Source of the DNA: Thecamonas trahens ATCC 50062
Lineage: Eukaryota; Protista; Apusomonadida
Assembly (NCBI RefSeq): GCF_000142905.1
Contig: NW_013657659.1
Location: 151,487-215,486, forward strand
Direction of reading: 5' to 3'
Length of the DNA stretch: 64,000 nucleotides
Below the pieces are notes generated by a model. That model was given only the letters and a program-made list of their open reading frames with translations, was not told where the DNA came from and ran no database searches. Below, piece by piece: positions 1-10,169 of this stretch (positions are counted from its first letter, which is position 1; the number at the start of each line of letters is the position of its first letter). The position numbers and the translations under genes are program-made.

Positions 1-821
1 TTGAGATCAGCGTCGCCGAGGTTAGGTCCCGGAATGTGGATTCTGCCTTGGCGGCCAGGTGCCCGAGGCCGCGGATCGGCGCGGCCGGGCGCCCGAGGCC
101 GCGGATCGGCACGACCAGGAGCAGTCGATGACGACGACGGCGGCGGCGCGGCCTCTCCCGACTCGTACCCGTCCTTGGGCACCAGCTTGCGGACAATAGC
201 ATCGCGGAGAAGACCCTCGAGACGGACACTGTCTTTGAACAGCAAGCTCCAGTCCCCATCCCAGCCCGCCAGCGCCTCACCAACAACGTGGTCGTCGACC
301 TTGACCTCGAGCGGGAACAGATCCTCACTCTCGACAATCATGGCGGTGATGAGGACCTTTGAGCCCATTCGGAGCACCTTGACCTCAAACCGCAACGCCG
401 ACGCCGTGTGTGCATACCGAAAGCAGAACAGATCTGGCCCGCTGTCCTGCCATCCGCGTGGGAACACCAGCATGCCAGGCGCCGCGTCGACAATAGGAGC
501 ATCCACCGGTGCGATCGATGCCTGCTCACCTTTTTCTCCGCCTCCATCCTCGCCCTCGCCTTGACCAACGGCAGCCATCGGCGCCTCATCACAGCCATCG
601 CCTCCAACCTCGTCCTCACCCACGCCGATGCTCTTGAATCCGCCGTCCACAATCAGTAGCGCATGGAGATAGCCCGCCAGCGCTGCCTGTCGGCTCGCAG
701 GCACCACCGCCGGCTCGAGCGCATTAAGCGACTGCACCGCCCGGCTCTCACCCATAACTTTGGCTTCGCCATGACTACCTCTGGTACCGCTTCCGTCCTC
801 CCCGTTAGCCCTTGCAGACAT
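1..821 (-). CDS. PSMF1: Proteasome inhibitor PI31 subunit (3' end runs off the window)
   Basis: Hand translation from ATG 821 (alternative ATG 755) is open to the edge. It reads AALAGYLHALLIVDGGFKSIGVGE...FPRGWQDSGPDLFCFRYAH...FEVKVLRMGSKVLITAM (FP-domain pattern), then a Pro/Arg-rich region ending LGDADL. It is missing from the ORF track because there is no stop in the window. Confidence 0.8.
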   Translation of the reverse strand, partial: MSARANGEDGSGTRGSHGEAKVMGESRAVQSLNALEPAVVPASRQAALAGYLHALLIVDGGFKSIGVGEDEVGGDGCDEAPMAAVGQGEGEDGGGEKGEQASIAPVDAPIVDAAPGMLVFPRGWQDSGPDLFCFRYAHTASALRFEVKVLRMGSKVLITAMIVESEDLFPLEVKVDDHVVGEALAGWDGDWSLLFKDSVRLEGLLRDAIVRKLVPKDGYESGEAAPPPSSSSTAPGRADPRPRAPGRADPRPRAPGRQGRIHIPGPNLGDADL

Positions 822-2189
822 GCTTCGACTCTTGGCGATGGGTGCCTGGCTCAGTCCCGGTCACAGGCCTTGGTGCCGAACGAAGGTCGCCGCCCAAACT
901 CCAGCGCGACCGCTTCCCCGTGACGCACTCGCTGCGCCCGATCGCTGCCCAGACGTCGGCTCAGGACCGATCGCTTTGTGACGGATATCGACACATATCA
1001 CACAAGATGTGGCGTACAGTGGGAGGAAGAGAATGTGGTTCGTATGATCTCTGAGTTTTGGGCTTGTCGCACGTATCGCCATCATAAGCCCCCCCCCCCC
1101 CCCGCCATCGCACTCAACCTCCATCGTACGCAGTCTCGTCCTCACCACCCACACACGCACACACGCACATACTTACAATACCACTCCCCTTTCCTGAATG
1201 ATCTGGTCATGGTCATCTACACACACGCGCCCGTACTAGCGTTATGATCGCCACCATCTGCTCTGGGCTGCCGCATCTGCCTTTGCTCTACCACATTCAT
1301 GTGATCATGCTTTTTTCGCTTGTCTCCCTCGGCCGTCTTCCGCCCCGCACTCTGCTTTTATCTCTGCTTCAGGGCCATTCATCCTTTCATCATCATCATC
1401 ATCGCCCTCTCTCTTACACTCTCTTATTACCTATGCACACCATGTTGGAGTTATACACATCAGCTGCGTCTCCTCTGCTCTTTTCCGCTCCCTCGGCATC
1501 GATTCTGCAAGTACGCGGCAGTCGATCCACACTGCGAAAAACTTGACGTAGCCCCATCCCCCGCCAGCTCATCTCCTACTCCATCCCCGACTCGATCGCC
1601 TGTATTTTCTTCCTTGCTCACCCCTCCATCTCACTCTCTATCGATGTATGCCACTTATGACCTGCTTACACCTCTGATTCCGCTCCCATCGACTCCAGAT
1701 TCCGCCCTATTCTGCCTCCATCGATTCCGATCACGATCGACCGCCCCTCTCCTCCCCCCCCTCCGTCCTCCCATTCTCCTCATCTCCAGTCGTCCTCATC
1801 CTGTTCCTCCCCTCCCTCTTCCCCCTCACATCTTCTCATTTCTTCTCACTCTCCCCCCATCTTCCCCGATCGATGTCGTCCTCCCCCCCTCCGTCCCGTT
1901 CCCGGCCGGCCCCGGATCAACCTTGACCGCATCTTAATATTCCTCAAGTTTTGAAACGAGTGCTATCGTCTAGAGTGATTTTGTAAAAAATCCGCCCGAC
2001 GTAGCGACCGAATGACTCCAAACGGGCCCATTACTCTCCGTGTGGAGTCAGGGCTGGATAACTTTGCACGACTTTGCCAGACGACACCGTGCATTCCATT
2101 TATCATGTTGCGGGAACCCAGCTCGCTCACATACATACATCTCAAAACGTCGCAGCACAGACCAAAGAGCAGGTACCCTCGCCGTGCCG

Positions 2190-2289
2190 NNNNNNNNNNN
2201 NNNNNNNNNNNNNNNNNNNNNNNNNNNNNNNNNNNNNNNNNNNNNNNNNNNNNNNNNNNNNNNNNNNNNNNNNNNNNNNNNNNNNNNNN
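2190..2289. other. Assembly gap (100 N)
   Basis: Run of N. Confidence 1.
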
Positions 2290-2356
2290 TCTCCCCCGTC
2301 CCCAAACCCGCGCTAGTGGCTACCGCCACACTTTGTGTCTGAATTTCGCCTTTCTC

Positions 2357-2513
2357 CCAACCAACCAACCAACCAACCAACCAACCAACCAACCAACCAA
2401 CCAACCAACCAACCAACCAAAGCCGAGCTGGCGAGGCCAGCCGAACCAGCCGAACCAGCCGAACCAGCCGAACCAGCCGAACCAGCCGCATCAGCCGAAC
2501 CAGCCGAATCAGC
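2357..2513 (+). repeat. (CCAA)~16 microsatellite followed by a 9-bp (CCAGCCGAA)~8 tandem repeat
   Basis: Direct reading: CCAA at 2357-2420, 9-mer at ~2437-2513, upstream of the p400 start. Confidence 0.95.
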
Positions 2514-2686
2514 CCGCTTACCAACCCCACCCACCCACCAACCCCACCCACCCACCAACCCCACCCACCCACCAACCAACTCGCCAGCCTGCTAGCCAAT
2601 CCAAGTCGAACTGACCAGCCTCGTCCTTCTTCTTCACCTCCCCTTTCTCTCACTCACACTCCTTTGGTTGATAGGCACTGTTCCGC

Positions 2687-5600
2687 ATGTCGGCCCCGTC
2701 ACCATCCGCGCCACAGCGGGAGACCAAGCGTAGAAAGACTCTGACGGGAAGTGCAGCAGCTGCCGGTCCATCGGTTGATGGAGGTAGGAACGATGATGGT
2801 GGCAGTGGGATGGTGGTGAGTGAGTCGGCTGGTGCGTCGGACAAGTCTGCTCCTACTCCGGCTCCGGCTGGGCCGGTTGTGGCTGTTCGTAGTGCTGGTG
2901 ATCAGGCTGCGGCGGCGGGAGGTGAGACCGAGCTGGGTCTCCGCTCGCCGCGGCTGCGTGGAACCAAGAAGCGCGACTATGCGTCGATGGCCGGCATTGT
3001 GTCCAAGCCGAAGAAGTCTCAGGTCCAGAGCCTCCGCGCCAAGGCGCTGGAAATGACTCTCGAGCTGGAGGGCCTGGTCAAGGGCGCGTATGAGGAGGAG
3101 ATGAAGGAGATGCTGTACCTCGAGGCTGGCGGCTCGCTGATGGAGTACTCGTCGGATCATCCGGTCGCCGTTGAGGCCTTTGCCAAACACATGGAAGCGG
3201 CAGCGGCAGCAGCGGCAGCAGCGGCGGCCAAGTCGCGGAGCAAGGCGACGGCGTCGAACCGCAAGTCGAGCGCGCAAAAGAAGGGCGGAGCGTCACAGTC
3301 GAAGAGCAGCACGGCGGAGCGTCACAGTCGAAGAGCAGCACGGCGGCAGCAACGCCCAAGTCCAACAATGGGGCTTCCGCCGAGAAAGACCTTGTCTCGA
3401 CCTCGCTCACGGCTGGTGGTATGACCATCTCGCTTGTTCCGCCCAAGAAGCCGACGCTTGCGCTGGCCGAGTTTACGGCTGTTGCTCGCTCGCTTGACGC
3501 TGACCGACTGGCCAAGGCCCACGAGAAGGCGCTTGTTCTCAACCGGGTGGCCGAGTTGCAGCGCGCCGGCGTGTGGGGCGCCAAGGTTCTTCCCAAGCTT
3601 CCAGAGCCGCCGCGCAACGAGACCCAGTGGGACCTCATGCTCCGTGAGGCTGCGTGGCTCTGCAAGGACTTTACCCAAGAGCGCAAGTGGAAGACAAACC
3701 TCGCCAAGCAGATGGCGCGCGGCGTGTCGGCGTACTGGAAGCGGGAGGCAGCCGCTGCCGACAAGTCCAAGAAGCAGGAACTCGCCGCCATCCGGCGGGT
3801 GGCGGCCTCGATCTCGCGCAAGGTCATGACCTTTTGGGGCTCGATCCACAAGCTCGCCGAGTACAAGCGCGAACAGATTGCCGAGGTGGAGAAGCAGCGC
3901 CAGCAGGAGAAGCACCTGGAGGCCATTGTGGGCACGACTGAAGCCTACGCCATGTCGCTGGCGCAGGACCTTGCGTCGGCGTCACCAGCGTCGGGCCCGG
4001 CCACCCCGCAGCCGGCTATCTCGCGCGCCTCTGTTGCCGCTGCTGCCGTCGATGACCCGACCGATGCCGACTTTGCGCTCTCGGGCTCGTGCTCGGGCTC
4101 GGGTTCGGGCTCGGACAGCGACGGCGAGGCCGGCACTTTGAAGGGCAGCGGCGGCTTTGCTGGCCTTCCGCCGCTTCTTCCGGAGGAGACCAACATTGTG
4201 TCGCATCTCGAGGCCGAGGCACAGATTCCGCTGGAGGATCTGGTGGAGACATACGCGCCGCCCGAGGCGCTTGGGCGGGAGTCCGGCCCGGGCACGCCGG
4301 CAGCGGCGCGGTCCGGCGACGACGGCGACGACGACGACGACGCCAACTGGCTGGCGTCGGCGCTGACCGAGCGCGACGAGTCGACGGCTGAGGCCGACGA
4401 CGAGTACACCTTTGCACACCTCTTTGCTGAGAACAACCCGTATGACGAGGCAGCATCGCGGGCCGGCCCGCCGGCGCCGACTGGCGCCGCTGTCGCGCTT
4501 GACGAGGCCTCACTCGCCAAGCTCTCGGACAAGGACCGAATGGCGCTGGTGGCGCGGGCGGCGTCGCAGTTCCAGCCGTCGGGCGAGGACCTCGTCCGCT
4601 CGGCAGCGTTTGCCGCGCCGTCGGAGCTGCTCCGCGGCACGCTCCGCGAGTATCAGCAGGTTGCAGTTGAGTGGATGGTCACGCTCTACGACAAGAAGCT
4701 CAACGGCATCCTTGCCGACGAGATGGGGCTGGGCAAGACGATCATGACTATTGCGCTGCTGGCGCACCTGGCGTCGGTCCGCGGCGTCTGGGGCCCGCAC
4801 CTCATTGTCGTTCCGACCTCGGTCATTCTCAACTGGGACAAGGAGTTCAAAAAGTGGGCGCCGGGCCTCAAGGTCCTCACGTACTACGGGACCGTCAAGG
4901 AGCGCAAGGAGAAGCGGCTCGGGTGGTCGAAAAACAACGCGTTTCACGTCTGCATCACCTCGTACAACATTGTGCTCCATGATGCCAAGGCCTTCCGGCG
5001 GCAAAAGTGGCAGTACCTCATTCTCGACGAGGCACACAACATCAAGAACTTCAAGTCACTGCGCTGGCAGACTCTGCTCAACTTCAACACCCGTCGGCGG
5101 CTGCTCCTCACCGGCACTCCGCTGCAGAACTCGGTCATGGAGTTGTGGTCGCTCATGCACTTTCTCATGCCGCACGTCTTCCAGTCGCACTCTGAGTTTA
5201 AGGACTGGTTCTCCACGCCGCTCACCTCGATGGTCGAGGGTGCCGCCGCCGTCAACAAGGGCATTGTCCGCCGCCTCCACACCATTCTCCGCCCGTTCCT
5301 CCTTCGGCGGCTCAAGAAGGATGTGGCAACCCAGCTGCCGCCCAAGCACGAGCATGTTGTCCTCTGCCCACTCTCCAAGCGTCAGCGCTTCCTCTATGAG
5401 GAGTTTATGTCGCGCTCCAAGACCCGTGCCTCGCTGGCGTCGGGCAACTACCTGTCGATGATGAACGTGCTGATGCAGCTCCGCAAGGTGTGCAACCATC
5501 CGGACTTGTTCGAGGAGCGGCCCATTCTCTCGCCTCTGGTTCTACCTTCGGTTGCCGCCGCCGCCGCCCGCAGCCTTCCGCGCCGCGTCACTGCCGCGCT

Positions 5601-8600
5601 GGTGCCCGGCGACGTCGCCGAGCTCATCACCCCGTCAACGCTGCCGGGCACCTCGGTCTCGCTCTCACTGCTTGGCTTCAACATTACCGAGCTGGCCGGT
5701 GGGAGCCTCGACGCGTCTGCGGCTGCCCGTGTCGCCGCCATGGCTGCCTCGCTCCCGTCGTTTGCCTCGCTCTTGCCGGCGGCGCCGGCGCCGCTCTCGC
5801 CGGCGTCCAAGTCGTCGTCGATGGCTCGCCAGTCGCATTCGTACAAAATGCGGGTGTACGCCGAAGACCTCGCGGTTGCCAACGCGCTTGACACCCGCAA
5901 TGCGCTCCTCTGCGCCGCTGGCCGGGTGCCGGTTGTTGACTGGCGGACCAGGCGTGCGGTTTGCCTTGCGCCGCTCCGCTCTCTCGTCCCTCTCGACTCG
6001 GGCTACGGCGCGCCGTTTGACGAGCACACCTTTGACTTTTCGAGCCTCCTGCGGCGGGCGGTGCTCTCGCACGCTCAGCGGATGGCTGCGGGCCAGTTTT
6101 TCATCCGCGAGTTTGTCTTTGCGGTTCCACCGGCGGTGGCGGTCGCTGACCCGCTCTCGGTCTCGGCGCTTGCGCCGATTGCCGCCGGCGCAGTGGCAAC
6201 TGCGCGGACTGCGGTCACCACTACGGTCCGCCGCGCGCCCGACGTGCTCGAGCCTGCTGCCGTCCGGCTTGCCCTCCACTTTCCAGACAAGCGGCTCATC
6301 GAGTACGACTGCGGCAAGCTGCAGACGCTGGCGCGGCTGCTGGCCAAGCTCAAGGACGGTGGCCACCGGGTGCTCATCTTTACGCAGATGACCAAGATGC
6401 TCGACACGCTCGAGAAGTTCCTCAACTACCACAACCACTCGTACGCGCGGCTCGACGGCTCGACCGGCATCGAGGAGCGCCAGCGGCTGATGGACAAGTT
6501 CAACGCCGACGAGCGGGTCTTCTGCTTTATCCTCTCGACTCGCTCCGGCGGGCTCGGCGTCAACCTGACCGGCGCCGATACGGTTGTTTTCTACGACTCG
6601 GACTGGAACCCGGCGATGGACGCCCAGGCCCAGGACCGGTGCCACCGCATCGGGCAGACCCGCGAGGTCCACATCTACCGCCTCGTCTCGCAGGCTACCA
6701 TTGAGGAGAACATTCTGCTCAAGGCCAACCAGAAGCGCATGCTCGACGACATGGTCATTCAGGGCGGGAGCTTCACCACCGAGTTCTTCAAGTCGCCAGC
6801 CTCGCTGCAGGCGCTGTTTAGCGGCGAGATGGCGGCGAGCAATGGGAGCGACTCCGCGGCCGTCTCTTCTGATCCGGTCGACCTCGAGGCTGCCATGCTC
6901 CAGGTCGAGGACGCCGAGGACGTCGAGGCGCTGCAGCGGGTCCAGGGCGAGATGCACGCCGAGATGTCGGTCTTTGCCGACGAGAGCCCGAGACCTGCGA
7001 CGGCTTCCGAGGCCAGCTCGGCCCTGCCGGGACCGGCATCAGGAACCATGCTTGCCGAGGCGACCGAACAGCTGCGGGCTGTCGACGACATGGTGGCTGA
7101 GCTGCGGCCGGTTGATCGGTTTGCGCTTGCGCTTGTTGAAGCTACTGACGCTGACGACAACGGCACGGCGACCGAGTCTACAACCGTGCGGCCCGGATGG
7201 GAGCAGGCGCGGGTAGAGGCGCTGGAGGACGAGGCGCTCGAGCGGGTCGAGGCCGGGAGCGTGGCGCGCGGAGCAGCTGGAGCCAACGACGACGAGCTTT
7301 TTTTTGAGCTAGCGGAGAGCGCCGAGCATGCAGAGGGGACCTCTGTGTGGGCGCCGGACATGAGCCGACGTGACAAGGCTGTGGGAAGCGGGCTGTGGGA
7401 GAGCATTGCTGCTGCGGAGCGGCGGAGCTTTTCGGCAGCCGACGGCACGCCCATTCTCATGTCCGAGTCGGAGCTCTCCGCGCTATCGATTGTGCCCCTC
7501 ACTCGCGATGTTGTCGACGAGTACCAATACTACGCGCAGCACGGTGACGTACCGGAGCTGCTCCTGCTTCATGGCTACGGGCCGCAGTCGAATGCGCTGC
7601 CGGTGGCCATCCTCAAGGACGCTCGCATGCTCAAGCGGGCGATGAAGCAGGCTGTGGTTCAGAGCCAAGTCGGGACGGCGGCGTCTGCGGCGCTGGCCCG
7701 GAGCGGGCACCCGCCGCAGCCGTCATTGGCCAAGACGCTGCGCGCGCTGGAGCGCCTGCGCGAGGCCGAGCGCGAGAAGAAGGACGGTGCGGCGCGGGCA
7801 GCCAAGCGGGCGCGGCGCGAGCTCATTCTCGTTGTTCCGCGCATTCCGTGGACGCCGGCCGAAGAGTCTGCGCTGGAGGATGTGGTCGGGGCGCTCGGGC
7901 GCAACTGGATGCTTGTGGCCGATGTTCTTGCGTCGCGCGAAGTCTCGCCACCGGGCGTTGTGCGGACGCCGCAGGCGTGCATGGACCACGAACACTACCT
8001 GCGCAAGGGCGTTTACCCGTCGTCGAACCAGACGCTGCGGCTGCTGTCGGGTGACTCAATTGACTCGGCTGTTCACGCCTCGGCGCCTTTGGCCGACCCG
8101 CTGCGGGCGCCGGCGCCGCCGCTCGGCACCATTCTCACTGGCCCGGGCACGGTGGCTGACGATGCTTCGCAGCTCGGCGGAAGCTCCGGCCGCGACCCGG
8201 ACTCGGACTCGGACTCGGACTCGGATGACGACGACAGCATTGCGGCGCGACCGACCAAGGCGCGGCGGACGCTGCTGGCCGTCGGCCAGGTTGCGCTGGA
8301 CCGAGCGCGCGCGGCGCGGTCCAAGACCAAGACGCCATCGCTCGCTGACGTGCACCTCTCACACACCGAAGCCGCTAGGGCTGCGGGCGTCAATGCAATG
8401 CTACCGGCCGGGCCGGCAGCGATGGCCAACCGCCGCGCCGAGGGGCTCATCAAGCGCGAGCTGATGCGGAAGCAGAGTCACGCCAAGCTCGAGATGGAAG
8501 TCTCGAACATCATGCACGGCTCGGTGCCGATGGGCATGCAGATGGCGCGGCAGATGGTTACGTCGGGTGAGTTTGCCAAGACCGACGCGACGGCGCGCGG

Positions 8601-9674
8601 CGACACCCGCGCCGCACGGGCCATGTCCAAGGCAGCACAAGCGGCGCAGGCTGCACACGACCCGTCCGGCTCGCGACACTCGGCGGCGCAGGCTGCGGCG
8701 GCAGCGCAACCGCAAGTGCAAGCACAGGCAAATTCGCGGTCACGGCATGCGGGACAGCTGACGCAGCAGCAAGAGGAGCAGTTCAAGCAGCTGGCACAGA
8801 ACGCTTTCAAGAAGGCGGTGCGTGATGCACTTGCCCGCGGCGCGTCGCGCGAGGAAGCCAAGCATGCCGGCCGTGAGGCGGCCAAGGCCGCGCTGGTCTC
8901 GGCCGGCCCGGCGCTTCAGCGCCATGTGCAGGCGCAGCAGATCGCCAAGGCCAAGGCGGCCAAGGCGGCGGCGGCCAAGGCGGCGGCGGCAGCGCAGCTC
9001 GCCGGCGGCGGCGCGCACCTCGGCTCGTCGGTCAACGTTCGCATTGGCACGCCGTCGGCACAGGAGGGCGGGCCCTCCAAGGTCGTGCAGCTCGGCTCGG
9101 CGTCGGCGACGCAGGGCCAGAAGCTGCGGCGCATCAACGAGGCCATGTCTGAGCAGATGGCCGGGACGAGCGGCTCGACTGTAAGCGCATCAGCGTCCAA
9201 GTCGGGGCGGGCGTCGTCGCGAGCGCGGACTCGCAAGCGCAAGCGCTCGCCGACCTCTGTCACGCCTGCTGGCAAGGACGGCAGTGCCAAGGGCGGAAGC
9301 AAGGGCCGCAAGCGCTCCAAGACCTCGCGGACCAAGGGACACGGCGGCGGAGCCGCGACACAGCTCCCCATTGCCCCGCCACCTGAGACCGAGGCGAGTG
9401 GCGGCGGCGCAGTGACCTCGTCGCTGCCTGCACTTCCATCAATTCCGGCGCCAATCACTAGCTTTGGCTCGTTTGGCGCGACCGGCCTTTCGAACACCTC
9501 GCCGCTCCTCCCGTCGCTCGGCGGCGAGCTGCAGGGTGGCTCGGTGCCGACTTCGGCGCTGCCGCAAATTCCGTCGGTCCCACAGGTGGCCATGGGCGGA
9601 AGCTTCTCGCACGGGCTGGGCGGGCACAGTGAGCTCGGGCTCGGGCACTCACAGCTCCATCTGCAGCAACAGCA

Positions 9675-9722
<48 letters not shown>

Positions 9723-10104
9723 ACAGCAGCAACAGCAGCAGCAGCAACAGCAGCTGTCACTGCTCCTCCAGCAGCAGCAGGCGCAAGCACAAGCACAGGC
9801 GCAACAGCAGTTGGCAGCACGTGCCGCCGCAGCACGTGCACAGCAGCAATCTGGGCGGCACCCCACAGCGGCTGAAATCTCATCCAAGGCCACGGTCCTC
9901 AAGCAGCGGACTAAGCAGGCACTCGACGAAATCAAGGCCGCGGTGGCGTCGGGCCAGCTCTCGCGCGAGCAGGGCCAGCAGCGAACCGACGCTGTTGCCA
10001 ACCGGTACCGGCAGTACGCGCAGATCCTGCGGAAGCAGTTCCAGGAGGAGCAGGCGCGGATGCAGAGTCTTGCCAACGGCGGTAGTGGCGGCGTGCCTCC
10101 ATAA
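2687..10104 (+). CDS. SWR1/SRCAP/p400(Domino)-family chromatin-remodelling ATPase: HSA, split SNF2 ATPase, SANT-like domain, polyQ
   Basis: HSA region (RVAELQRAGVW...WDLMLREAAWLCKDFTQERKWK), NGILADEMGLGKT, DEAH box, FPDKRLIEYDCGKLQ, WNPAMDAQAQDRCHRIGQTREV and a SANT-like PWTPAEE...NWMLVADVL. ORFs 2687-3424 and 3421-10104 join in frame when one copy of the 29-bp duplication at 3284-3341 is removed. Confidence 0.93.
3284..3341 (+). repeat. Perfect 29-bp tandem duplication inside the CDS (frameshifting)
   Basis: GGCGGAGCGTCACAGTCGAAGAGCAGCAC x2 (3284-3312, 3313-3341). Confidence 0.95.
9664..9753 (+). repeat. CAG/CAA polyglutamine tract (~30 Q)
   Basis: Direct reading. Confidence 0.95.
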
Positions 10105-10169
10105 GGAGAGGGCGGGAAAAGGGTAAATGCCGGTGTAAGATGTAGAGGCGTGTACCGAGTTTGTTGCTT

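Noticed and set aside
1490-1880. Cluster of ATCGAT/CGATCG hexamers (DRE-like)
   Set aside because: Enrichment cannot be shown without a background model, and TCGA is common throughout the window.
861-2653. ORFs of 60-205 aa in the PI31/p400 intergenic region
   Set aside because: They are low-complexity C/T-rich or microsatellite translations, several span the N gap, and none has domain character.
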